The position numbers and the translations under genes were made by a program. DNA of 36,258 nucleotides, taken from the NCBI RefSeq assembly GCF_001194135.2, contig NC_069004.1:35086057-35122314 (forward strand), read 5' to 3'. Shown in pieces: positions 24,385 through 36,256 of the stretch. How positions within the stretch are numbered: the first letter of the stretch is position 1; the number at the start of each line of letters is the position of its first letter. This DNA comes from Octopus bimaculoides. Lineage: Eukaryota. The notes under the pieces are model-generated. The model made no database searches, was not told the origin of the DNA, and saw only the letters and a program-made list of their open reading frames with translations.

Positions 24385-24565
24385 GAGCACTCCGTCGGTT
24401 ACGACGACGAGGGTTCTAATTGATCCGATCAACGGAACAGCCTACTCGTGAAATTAACGTGCAAGTGGCTGAGCACTCCACAGACATGTGTACCCTTAAC
24501 GTAGTTCTCAGGGAGATTCAGCGTGATACAGAAATGTGACACGGTTGGCCCCTTGAAATACAGGT
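24385..24565 (-). mobile_element. SINE family B 3' half
   Basis: Reverse complement matches 20765-20920. Confidence 0.85.
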
Positions 24566-24734
24566 ATATACGACGTGTTTCTTTCAGTTTCTGTCTACCA
24601 CATCCACTCAGAAGGCTTTGGTCGGCCCGAGGTTATGGTAGAAGACACTTGCCCAAGTTGTCACACAGTAGGACTGAACCCGGAACCATGCGGTTGGTAA
24701 GCAAACTACTTACCACACAGCCACTCCTGCGCCT
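24566..24734 (-). mobile_element. SINE family A head
   Basis: Reverse complement aggcgcaggagtggctgtgtggtaagtagtttgcttaccaaccgcatggttccgggttcagtcc. Confidence 0.9.
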
Positions 24735-25090
24735 ATATTCTGAGATAAAATCTTGCCGAGGTTAACTTAGTGGAAGCAATTAAGGTGGTGTTGGATGTAG
24801 TAATGTTAGTGGTGATTGCGGAGTTGTGTCGTAGTGTTGGTAGCTGTTGCAGTTATGTTGCGGTGTTGGTGGTGGTTTTTGGTCACGGTGCTGATTGCGA
24901 CATCGATACGGTTCACTGAATCTATTGAAGTGTAATCCGGAGGAATGTGAGAAAGAGGAAAAGGCTGTAATGTGAGAGTGTGTGTACGTGTGTGTGTGTG
25001 AGTATGCGTTCGTTTATGTATGTGTGCGTGCGCATATGTATGTAACTATCTTAGTATGTGTGTGTGTGGTGTTTGTGTGTGTGTGGTGTT

Positions 25091-25122
<32 letters not shown>

Positions 25123-26620
25123 AGCATGTATGGTTATGTGTTAGAGTGTGTGTTGGGGGTGCGCGTGTGTTCGGGAGATAGGGCGAGTGTGTGGTTGTGT
25201 GTATGTGTGTGTGTGAGTATGCGTGCATTTATGTGTGTGTGCGCGCATATGTATATGCCTATTTCAGCATGTGTGTGTATGTGTAGGTGTTTGTGTGACT
25301 GACACCTGCGTGTGTATCACTATGTATAAATATGTCTGGTTACGTGTGTGTATGACAATGTGTGTGTGCGTGCGTGTTAGCATGTATAGTTACGTATATC
25401 ACTGTATGTGTGTGTGCGTGTGCGTGCGTGAGTGAGTGTGTCCAAGCGTGTGGGCGAGTATATGATTGCGAGTGTGTGAATCACGTGTGTGTGTGCGTGT
25501 GTGTTTATGAGGGTCCATCAAGGTGAGCACTCGTACCCGGGCGTATGTCAATTTTATTTCATCACTGCTTTTTTTTTTTTTTAGCTTCGAGCCAACCTGA
25601 AAAGAGCCTATCTACGACGAAAAGCTTTCCAGCCATGCCCGTCCAGTTTTATAGAGATATATAAGATGGAAGTGGAGAGGTGATGAGGGTGATTCAGGTG
25701 ATATTTCTCTAAAGTCTGGCGACAGGGAAGACACCTGGCTCGTGTTTCATTCTTATCTAACCTCTTCAGCAAAACATATTTACTCAGTTGCCAATACTAA
25801 AAGTGAGAAACACACGCACGCACACAAATACACAGAAACACACCCATGCACACACACGCACAAACACGACCATACACAAACACATACACACGTACACTCT
25901 CTCTCGCGCACACACACACACACACGCAATCAAACACACCCATTCACACACACACGCAACACAGCACGCACACACAGACTTGCTCGCATAGCACACACGC
26001 ACAGCACTGAGCACATACCCACACGCTTACACACATACACGCTCACATTTACACGCAACACACTCATGCGCACACACACTCATGCACACACACGCACACA
26101 CACCGCACAAAAATACTGCATACGCACAGCACATATACGCATACACACAGACATATGCACACACAGTACACACACAAACACACACATAAAACACACAGCA
26201 CACATATGCACACACACCGCACACAGACCTACACACTATGCGCACACACACAAACCCAAGCACCCACCTATATCTTCACTGTTCGTTATGTAGAGATTTG
26301 TAGGGACTGACAGATGTTCCGAACAACATTGTCCAGACCCTCTCCGGTAGATATGCTAAAAATAGCAGCTAAACACCCTTCTAATCCAACCATATTGGTC
26401 CCAGTTAAATTATTGCTGAGAAGCAAATAAGATAATGTAGCCGTGCATACATAGCTGTGGGTTAACATGTGAAACATGACCGCCTGTATATTAGTGTATG
26501 CACATATATGTATACATATATATTCATACATATACATTATATATATATATATATATATATATGCATACATTAATATACACACACATATGTACTTATCTAC
26601 GTACACGGACACACACGCAC

Positions 26621-26649
<29 letters not shown>

Positions 26650-26661
<12 letters not shown>

Positions 26662-26727
26662 GAATATGTACATACATATATATACATATACATATGAATA
26701 CATACATATATATACATATACATATGA

Positions 26728-26773
<46 letters not shown>

Positions 26774-26790
26774 GAATATATACATACATA
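26650..26790. repeat. About 30-bp minisatellite (catatgaatacatacatatatatacatata) in a TA-rich tract
   Basis: catatgaata recurs four times between 26657 and 26778. Confidence 0.7.
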
Positions 26791-26803
26791 TATATGTCTA
26801 TAT

Positions 26804-26970
26804 TATACGTGCTTCTTTCAGTTTCCGTCTTCCAAATCGCTTCACAAGACTTTGGTCGGTCCATGGCTACAGCAGAAGACACTTGCCCAAGGTTCCACCA
26901 CGCAGTGGGACTGATCCCGGAACTATGTTGCTGGGAGGCAAGCTTCTTACCCCACGCCCACCGCCGATGC
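26804..26970 (-). mobile_element. SINE family A head
   Basis: gcttctttcagtttccgtcttccaaatc...gaagacacttgcccaagg...cagtgggactga. Confidence 0.85.
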
Positions 26971-27867
26971 ATATAAGCAGGCACAATTATGAATGTACCC
27001 ATCTGGCCAAGTAATTCAATGTCGAACGCAGATTTGCACCCGTGTTATTTAAATTCATCAACACCCTGTACACACCCGGTTCTCAGTAATATCGTTTACC
27101 TTGTTTCAGCTTGTATATCGAATTCTTTTCTAATCCTTTACGCAGGAAAATATCTCTTTTGAGTCTGAACGCCTTAATTCTTGTATTCACGTCATCATAT
27201 TCTCTGCTTACGTTCGCCTTACGCTATTTTACAGCCGATTCGTCTAAGCCATACTTGCTCAAAAGGAATTTACGACTTTAATTACAAAAAAGATCTATTT
27301 TACTCGTCATTATTTTGCTCTTCATTTTGTTATACTCTGCCTATGTTCTGAGCTCCATCGTTTACTCTTTGCTTTGCTCTTGATGAAGGGGACAACACAC
27401 ACCTTGCTTGTCAGGAAAACACGCGAGTCTGGACGGTGAATGAATATCTGACCAGTTGTCTTTCAGCGGGTGAGCGAAGCTTTCAGTTAAGGACGAGGAT
27501 TAAGTTTAACATTGAGCTTTTAAAACGTGTGCCTGTTTGTATCTACATTCGTATACAAACATGTATATGTGTATGTGTGTGTGTGTGTGTGTGTATACAT
27601 TTAATATGTTATGTATATAACATTTTTATACATATACATACATTCACACATAATACACACACACGGTGCAGCGACAGTCAGTTAATTGAAATCTCCATTG
27701 ATTTCAATGGGGAACGAAGTGTGTAACGTCTGATGGTTTATCAAACTTTCTTTGTCGTATGTTGTCCACCTTTCGGCATCTATACTGACTCTGTACATCC
27801 TTGAAGCTGACAAACCTCTTGTACCGGAATTATTAGGATCGTATGACCCTATAACTATATATATATC

Positions 27868-27940
27868 GATACAGACAGACAGATAGATAGACAGACAGAC
27901 AGATAGATAGATAGATAGACAGACAAGTAGATAGATAGAC

Positions 27941-27971
<31 letters not shown>

Positions 27972-28105
27972 TAGACAGGCAGATAGATAGACAGATAACT
28001 TTAGATAGATAGACAGACAGATATACAGATAACTTTAGATAGACAGACAGACAGACAGACAGATAGATAGATAGATAGACAGCGAAGCAGGCAGGCAGGC
28101 AGTCA
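27868..28105. repeat. (GATA/GACA)n compound tetranucleotide microsatellite
   Basis: Seen directly; it includes a duplicated gataactttagatagat interruption. Confidence 0.9.
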
Positions 28106-28481
28106 GACAGAGATACGGCCGTAGATATACATAAAGTTTTTTTCTTCTGGATACGCACACACACACACACACACACCTTTCAAAGGAACCGAGTTGTACA
28201 TAACGGAACGGAAGATCTGACGGCGAAACAAAGCTGACGGTGTTCAACGCACACACAGACACAGCGAGGCAGGGGAGCCGCAGTGAGGAGAGAAGGGCAA
28301 ACAGTGAGAGTGGTGAAGATCTGAAGACGCACACACAGACACAGCGCACTTACACCTGCCAAGCACCGACTCTGGCTGGTCGGCACGCACACACAGACAC
28401 AGCGCCTAAACAAGCTACACACAAACACGCACACACAAACACACACACACACACACACANNNNNNNNNNAGGCTACACACA

Positions 28482-28527
<46 letters not shown>

Positions 28528-28857
28528 CACACATGCACACACACACGTACAAACATGTACTGAGACACATATTCACACGTACACACACACACTTCACACA
28601 CATACATACTGACATACACAAATACTCAGAATATAGGCACAGATGCACACACACACACTCACGTATACGTGCACCAACACAGACGCACACACGCATCTGA
28701 ACTGCGCATCACAACTACGTGACTTCGGGTTCAATCCCACACCTCGGGCAAGTGACTCCAACTATAACCCCAGGGTCACTAAATATTCGGGAACAGATTT
28801 CCTACACAGAAACGGTGTGGAAGAGTGTCCTATGAACATACATACATACATACATAC

Positions 28858-28943
28858 AAGAGGGATGACCACTAAGTGGACATACATTATGCTAGAAGAC
28901 TTCTTCTAGCCTAATGGATGTCCACTTAGTGTTTATCCCTCTT
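28858..28943. repeat. Near-perfect 86-bp palindrome (42-bp arms, 2-nt loop)
   Basis: Left arm 28858-28899 and right arm 28902-28943 are Watson-Crick complementary at 38 of 42 positions. Confidence 0.9.
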
Positions 28944-29350
28944 ATATGGATGTAATATAATTTTTCTGAATCTTTAGATTTTTCAATATGCTAGGCCACT
29001 GGTTTTTAAATTGATATTAATTAAATTAATACTCAATTTTTTACCCTTGTTATTTAAATTTATATATATATATANNNNNNNNNNNNNNNNNNNNNNNNNN
29101 NNNNNNNNNNNNNNNNNNNNNNNNNNNNNNNNNNNNNNNNNNNNNNNNNNNNNNNNNNNNNNNNNNNNNNNNNNNNNNNNNNNNNNNNNNNNNNNNNNNN
29201 NNNNNNNNNNNNNNNNNNNNNNNNNNNNNNNNNNNNNNNNNNNNNNNNNNNNNNNNNATTAACAAGACACTAACACTCACACACACATATGTTAATATAT
29301 ATATATATACTTCTGTATATATATAAATAAATATATATATATATGCACAC

Positions 29351-29630
29351 AGAGACCTAGCTGTAATTTTTGATAACAATCTCAGTTGGAATGCCCACAT
29401 CAACAATAAGGTCGATATAGCTCCTAAGATGTGCTCCTGGATCTTAAGAACCTTCCGGTCCAGAGAACAAGGTGTCATCATTCCACTTTTCTCCTCCTTT
29501 GTACGGCCACACCTCGAATACTGCTTCTCCTTATGGTCTCCCCATGCAAAAAAAAAAAAACATCTCGAAAAGTGAATCACCCCAGAGGGCACTCGCTAAA
29601 CGAATTAAGGGCATGACTGATCTCGATTGA
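29351..29630 (+). pseudogene. CR1/L2-group LINE reverse transcriptase C-terminal remnant
   Basis: RDLAVIFDNNLSWNAHINNKV..WILRTFRSR..FVRPHLEYCFSLWSPH..(frameshift) QRALAKRIKGMTDL matches the DLGVxxDxxLxWxxHI / VRPHLEY..WSP motifs. Confidence 0.85.
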
Positions 29631-30149
29631 TAATCAAAGGGATCGATAATCAAAGATGTGACACTGTCAACGTGACCTTTCCTCCTCGATACAATCGCTA
29701 GGGAAAGAGATCGGAGAGTTCTTGATTACTCCACTTCCAGCATTCGTATTCTGAGAGTCGACCCAGTTTCTGAGCAGAGTTGTTCGTTGGATTTCGTATC
29801 CAACAGACGACCCTACTCAGAAACTGCGATGCGTCCTGCTACTCGTGTGATTCGGGAGAACCAGCTCAGTTCTTTTTTTTTTTTTTTTTTTTNNNNNNNN
29901 NNTCGTCTTCACAAAATATTCGAAGATTTATTCAAACTTCTTGGCGACGTGTTCGCCAGACGATGAAGAAAAAGTCATGTTTTTAAACAAACGAATATTT
30001 ACAAAACAAAACAAACATGTTCGACGACAAACCTTAGATTTTCTACCCCAGGGTACAGACAAAATATAAATCAACTGGAACTGATAATAGTAAATTAGAT
30101 ATAGACATCGAAATCGGAGAATTCTTTCAGCAGTAGCACCTACACAACT

Positions 30150-30845
30150 ATTTACAAATAAAAGAAATAGATAAGATATAATACAAAGAAACGATTGATA
30201 AAATTAAGAAAGAGTATTACAGAAACGCCAGACTTAATATAAATAAGTAAATTCATTTCTAGTAATAAGAGAATAGATATATGTTGGCCATTTTTGTTGT
30301 AAATTACAGCTTCAGTATAACACACGAGATGTTAAGTGAATTGAAAAGCTTAGAAAGAAAAACAGGAAATTATTGACAGCATTCCTATGCTACCATTCCA
30401 ATGCCGATATAGACAGAATATACCTATAATGAGGGCGGGACATGATATAAATAGAAAACTGTAATAGAACAAGAAAAAAAAAACATAAGAGACAAAGAAA
30501 GGGAACCTAATAAATATAATAAGGAAACATGAAGGAAAATAAAACAGTTCTTTATAAATAAGAAAACTATAAAATACAAACCGGAAACTAACAACACTGA
30601 ACTCACAAATTTGGATTAGGAAAAACAATTGAAAAGGTTAAAAAAGAAACAAAAGACAAAATCAAAAATTGTATTTCCAAAATGTATTGAAGGAAAATAT
30701 AGAGAAAGCCCACTCCATGGTCAATCTCCAACAGCTGGACGGAAAGGAAGGAAGCAGGAATGAAAGCAAATATCAGCTGGAAAAATTGTCGACTAAAAAC
30801 AGAAACAAATGGTCTGGTATTAGCAACACAAGACCAATGTCTGTT
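30150..30845 (+). pseudogene. Heavily decayed R4/Dong-like (RLE-group) LINE ORF remnant
   Basis: Ordered motifs across stops and frameshifts: KIKKEYYR; VVNYSFSI..ELKSLERKT/KLLT..HSNADIDRIYL; PLHGQ (30710); SW..LKTETNGLVLATQDQ (30793). Compare LKxETEGxIxAAQDQ of R4/Dong RTs (from memory). Confidence 0.7.
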
Positions 30846-31026
30846 CTCTCTCATCGCAATAAGGCGGTCCGCCCCCGCCATATGTATATGTGTTAATGCA
30901 TGGATATGTAGATCTTCATGTGTAAACGTACATAGAACAAATTCTAACTGGGTGAATATACCGATTCCTCTGGAGATTGAAATAAAAAAGAAGGATAAAC
31001 AGGGTTAATCGATTTTCGAACCAGTT

Positions 31027-31190
31027 ACGTGGTTAGAGTGATGCACTCCCGATCGTAAGACTGTGGTTTCGATTCCTGGACTGGGCGATGGGTTGTGTCC
31101 TTGAGGAAGATACGCCATTTCTCGTTGTTCCAGTCCAATTAACTGGGAAGGATGAGTAATCCTGCGATGGACCGGCATCCAGTCCAGAGA
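31027..31190 (+). mobile_element. SINE family D head and body
   Basis: gtggttagagtg...ggtttcgattcctgg (A/B boxes), then ttgtgtccttgag...ctgcgatggac. Confidence 0.65.
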
Positions 31191-32111
31191 GCCAAAAGCC
31201 AGGCGTAGGTTCTTATGCGTTGTTGCAAGGGACAGGACTCAATGTGATGGCAATTGCTTTTAACTCCTCTCTTGTTCGAGCTCTGTCGTAGAATCGTCTC
31301 ACTCCGCATGTAAAAAAAAAAGGGGGATCTTACTGGAAAACAGAATTAAACTGATCGTACGTGGGGTTGATTTATGAGTCTTTGTTTCGTTTACGTGTGA
31401 GATGTCATTGTACGTTTCGAGCGGGTACAGGCGAGTGCCTAACCGCGCTGGCACTCGTCTTTCCGAAAGGTTGCTGCATCAGAGGACACACAGCTTCTCT
31501 GTTTCCTAAATTCTATGCTACATGCATTTCATTAATTACATTCAGTAGGATTAGACCAATCTGAATGTGTTTATAAAAGCCTGTTGCTTAGGTTTGATAC
31601 AAGGATCCAAGAAGTTGGCTGAGGAAAGGTTAGCTATTCTTATTATTTTTTGATTAATATTTTAAAACCGATTCTTACTGGTTTCAGCAAGACATATCGC
31701 CACTCTCGCCATCGTCCATAGACAGTCACTTGCTACTGTTGTTACCTATTTTCTATTTCAGAGGAAACTAACAAGAACTGGAGACGTCATACATCATGTG
31801 ACATGTCGCCATCTTGGATGTATTACTTCCAAAACAACTACGAAAGTCGACTGAAAAACTGACTACGCGGCTGTGTCGAAGTTATTTGATACAATAGTGA
31901 AACCAAGAATGAATAGAACTACACTCACTATGTATACAACATCTATGTGAGTGTGTGTGTGTGTGTTTGTGTGTGAGCTTGTGAATTTGTGTGTGGGGGG
32001 GGGGCATGCGAGTTTTTCTGTTTGTACACATGTATATGTATTTTGTCTTCTATATCTGAATAAAATTATTTCATAAATATGCGTATGTGCTGTATATTTA
32101 CAGCCATAACC

Positions 32112-32176
<65 letters not shown>

Positions 32177-32639
32177 GTAGCAAGTTTGTATGTGTCTATA
32201 TATACGTGTATAGATACATATACTTGTGTGTATTTTGTATGTGTATTTATTTGAGTAAGTATATATCTGTATTTTAGCGTGTATGTATAAGTGTGTATGT
32301 GTGTGTGCACGTGTGTGTGTGTGTGTGCACGTGTGTGTGTATTTGTGTGTGTCTGTGTATGTATGTATGTATGTATGTATGTATGTATGTATGTATAATA
32401 CAAACACACACATATATATTGCACGCACCTGTAGATGTGTTCGCCAGTGTGCATGTATGTTCAATGTGGTGTAAAGAAACCTTACATGTAGCTAAGATTT
32501 ATACATTCCGTTGCAGAGAATATTGAAGATTTGTAAATGGATTATCTTAAGACCGGATTAGAAAGGCTGATTATTAACTCAGCTCTTATAATGAACACAC
32601 CGACATGAACACACACACACCCACACACATATATTATAT

Positions 32640-32670
<31 letters not shown>

Positions 32671-32935
32671 TATGCCCATGGTTGTATCTGTGTGGGTGTA
32701 TAAGAAGCATGGTGTATGTGTGTGTATGTACATCTGTGTAAATATGCATATAAGTGTGTAGTTATGTGTAGATGCACGTATAAATTGCTGTATTTAAGCA
32801 CAAGAGTATATAAGACAACATATTAAAATATACAGGCATTTACATATTTATGCGTATATATTATATACACATATATATATATACATATATATACACATAC
32901 CTACATACACACACATATATATATACATATATATA

Positions 32936-32979
<44 letters not shown>

Positions 32980-33159
32980 NNNNNNNNNNNNNNNNNNNNN
33001 NNNNNNNNNNNNNNNNNNNNNNNNNNNNNNNNNNNNNNNNNNNNNNNNNNNNNNNNNNNNNNNNNNNNNNNNNNNNNNNNNNNNNNNNNNNNNNNNNNNN
33101 NNNNNNNNNNNNNNNNNNNNNNNNNNNNNNNNNNNNNNNNNNNNNNNNNNNNNNNNNNN

Positions 33160-33208
<49 letters not shown>

Positions 33209-33687
33209 ACACAGGCGCAACAAACCTCCCTCCCTTGCATCCACACGCGCTCAAACATTTGATTGAAAAGCGTTATTCAAAATGGCCGCTATTTATATTA
33301 ATTCCTCTCCTGACTCAGGAGTAAATCTAGAGATATTCAACTCAAACTCTTTCCCTTTACCTGACCCTTACATATATAAATCTGTGTTTTCTCATCGCTT
33401 GAATACAATCGCCATTCATTCCAGCATTATTTCTTCTCCCTATCACGTTTCATAGACGTAGATCTCCTTCGAATTCACAAACAACAAGATGTGATGATAT
33501 ACATTGAAATTATTTTCTTTCTCCAAATGTCTTGTTTTCTCTGCTTTAAACATAAGCATCCGTATTCAAAAGACTTCCAATTCATCGCAAACTTCGCTAT
33601 GGTACTTAGTTCTGTGTCTTAAAGATTTTGTCTCTTTGGATAAATTAACATCTTTTGTCATCTTCAAGTGAATGGAAAAATAGTTTT

Positions 33688-33822
33688 TGCCGGCGTGGCT
33701 GTGTGGGAAGAAGTTTTCTTCCAAACCACTTGGTGCCGGTTTCAGTCCTACTGAGTGGCGTCTTGAGAGAATGTCTTCTATTACACCGTCGACCAATTGA
33801 TTTGGTAGACGGAAACTGAAAG
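33688..33822 (+). mobile_element. Diverged SINE family A head
   Basis: gtggctgtgtgg...gatttggtagacggaaactgaaaga. Confidence 0.75.
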
Positions 33823-33919
33823 ACAACGCTGTGCCCAGCCCGAAAATCGAACCCATGACCTAATGGTCTTCAGCCCAATACCATAACTCCGAGGCCACCA
33901 ACCTTCATAACTGACTAAA

Positions 33920-34085
33920 TCTTTTATCTTTCATTTCAGTTATTGGATGACGGCCATGGTGGAGCACCACCATGAAGGGTTTCGTCGAACAAAATCGAAC
34001 ACAGATCTTATTTTTTAAAACCTGGTACTTAGTCTATCGATTTCTTTTTACCGAACTGCCAGGTTACGAGGATGTAAACCAACAC
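33920..34085 (-). mobile_element. Diverged SINE family A tail
   Basis: cggccatggtggagcaccacc...ggtactta.tctatcg...ccgaact.cca.gttacg. Confidence 0.65.
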
Positions 34086-34284
34086 ACACACGTGTGTGTG
34101 AGTGTGTGTGTGTGTGTGTATGTGTACCCGAAACCCCGTAGTTGCTGAGCGAGCATCTTTACCTCCGAAGCAGGTCTGCAACTTCTATACTCAATCGTTA
34201 ATTTGGTTTATTTCTTCAAACGTCCGATTCCTTACCATTTGTGTTGCGTCAGAGCCTTTCCTTACCGATATCAGGTTAATTGCG

Positions 34285-34690
34285 AGGGTGGTGAGTTGGC
34301 AGGAACGTTAGCACGCCGGGCGAAATGCTTAGCGGTATTTCGTCTACTGTTACGTTCTGAGTTCAAAGTCCACCGAGGTCGAATTTGCCTTTCATCCTTT
34401 CGGGGTCGATGAATTAAATACCAGCTACGCACTGGGGTCGATGTAATCGACTTGGTCCCTTTGTCTGTCCTTGTTTGTCCCCTCTATGTTTGGCCCCTCG
34501 TGGGCAATAAAAAAATAAGAAACGTTAGCACGGCGAGCAAAATCTTTAGCGGTATTTTGTCTTGACGTTCTGAGTTAAAATCCCACCGACTTTGCTTTTC
34601 ATCCTTTCGAGCTCGAGTAAGTACCAGCCATGCACTGGTTCGATATAATCGACATATCCCCTTCCCCCGATCTGCCAAAATTAGAAGTCA
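34285..34690 (+). mobile_element. Family C SINE dimer (full unit 34285-34518 plus second unit starting at aaacgttagcac)
   Basis: aacgttagcacg...gttctgagtt.aa..cc.ccga occurs twice in tandem. The first unit has a different tail (ttgtctgtccttgtttgtcccctct) from the other C copies. Confidence 0.85.
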
Positions 34691-35045
34691 AAATCATGTT
34701 GTCTTGTAACAATTCTCTGTCGACTTCTCGGTTTCAAAAAAAAAAAAAAACCTCGAGATTCACTTTAATTAATTTGCTTCTTTCGTTGTCCTGTTTCTTT
34801 GAATTTATGTAATCTGTAGAATTTACATTAGCAATACTAATACTGAAATGTCTTGGAGAACTTGGTTGCCTAATTCCTGAATTGAATGAAATCGCTGAAG
34901 AATTTTTGTTTCCAAATGGATATTGGATTTCTTTTTTTAAGAGCTTAGTGAGATGATGGTGGGGAAAGCGTGCATGATACTCACCGAGAAAGCCGCTGAC
35001 ATGTTGAAAGAAAGGATGAAGTCTTCTATCAATGGTTTCAACTTT

Positions 35046-35233
35046 TGTCACAAGGCCGGCAATTTCGATGGAGCGGGTAAGTCGATTACACTGACCCCAG
35101 TAATCAGCTGGTATTTGCTTTATAGACCCCGAGAGGATAAAAGGCGAAGTTGACCTCGGAGGAATTTGAACGTAAAGACATACAAAATGCTAATAAGCGT
35201 TTTGTCCGGCGTGCTAACCATTCTGTCAGTCTT
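35046..35233 (-). mobile_element. SINE family C copy
   Basis: cacaaggcc...agtcgattacactgaccccag...gacctcggaggaatttgaac...ggcgtgctaac. Confidence 0.8.
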
Positions 35234-35428
35234 CTAATATTGGAAACGTAGTTTAAACAAAGTGCATTCCTTCGAAAGGGTCAGGGAATTGTGTTAAATC
35301 AAACCACAAATGAAAAGTATATCTAAGAGTCAAGGGTTTATCTCGAAGCAAATGACGAATTATGACAACTAAAGGTTAAAGAGCTCGATTTTAAACCAAA
35401 CGATATGGTTTACATATGTACACATATC

Positions 35429-35475
35429 AACAGCAGTTGTCAAGCCGCGATGCGGGAACAAACACAGACACAAAG

Positions 35476-35543
<68 letters not shown>

Positions 35544-35666
35544 GCGACGGGCTTCTTGCAGTTACCGTCTACCAAATCCACTGACAAGTCTTTGGTCGGC
35601 CCGAGGATATAGTAGAAGACACATGCTCGAGGTGCCACGCAGTGGGTCTGAACGCGGAACTATGTT
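35429..35666 (-). mobile_element. SINE family A (head, (TG)/(TA) linker, start of tail)
   Basis: gacgggcttcttgcagttaccgtctaccaaatccact...ggtgccacgcagtggg. Confidence 0.85.
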
Positions 35667-35974
35667 CGTATTAAAGTTTTGGCGGTTAAATCACTCATTT
35701 TCGTTTCTTGTTACAGTAGCTTCACCACAAACTGACCCTAATCCATACATTTACCGCCCATAGCCATCTATTTCAGACAGTATGGATGTTGGGCGATATT
35801 ACACAAAGCAATCTCCTACTATTTTTCGTGAAAGGTTTGGCTGCTATCTCTAGCATATCACGCTACCACGTACAAGGTTTGTCATTGGCTCATTGCAGTG
35901 GTACAACTTAATAAACCCCAGCTTTGGATTCAAATCCTTCGCTAATATGATGTTGGAAAGGAAGTCAAATATTC

Positions 35975-36071
35975 GTATATGTATATATATATACATATAT
36001 ATATATACATATACATACATAAACATACATACATATACATACATACATATATATACATATATATACATACA

Positions 36072-36137
<66 letters not shown>

Positions 36138-36143
36138 CATAAC

Positions 36144-36217
<74 letters not shown>

Positions 36218-36218
36218 C

Positions 36219-36256
<38 letters not shown>

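Noticed and set aside
27075-27200. Short minus-strand open frame ending at CAAG|GTAAAC
   Set aside because: No pyrimidine-rich acceptor and no recognisable motif.
28247-28404. CRISPR-like repeat-spacer pattern
   Set aside because: Eukaryotic context, only three low-complexity repeats, unequal spacers and no cas genes.
2202-33324. Long ORFs containing X runs (e.g. 21384-22742, 10755-11429, 12029-12679)
   Set aside because: Their length comes from N gaps, not from coding sequence.
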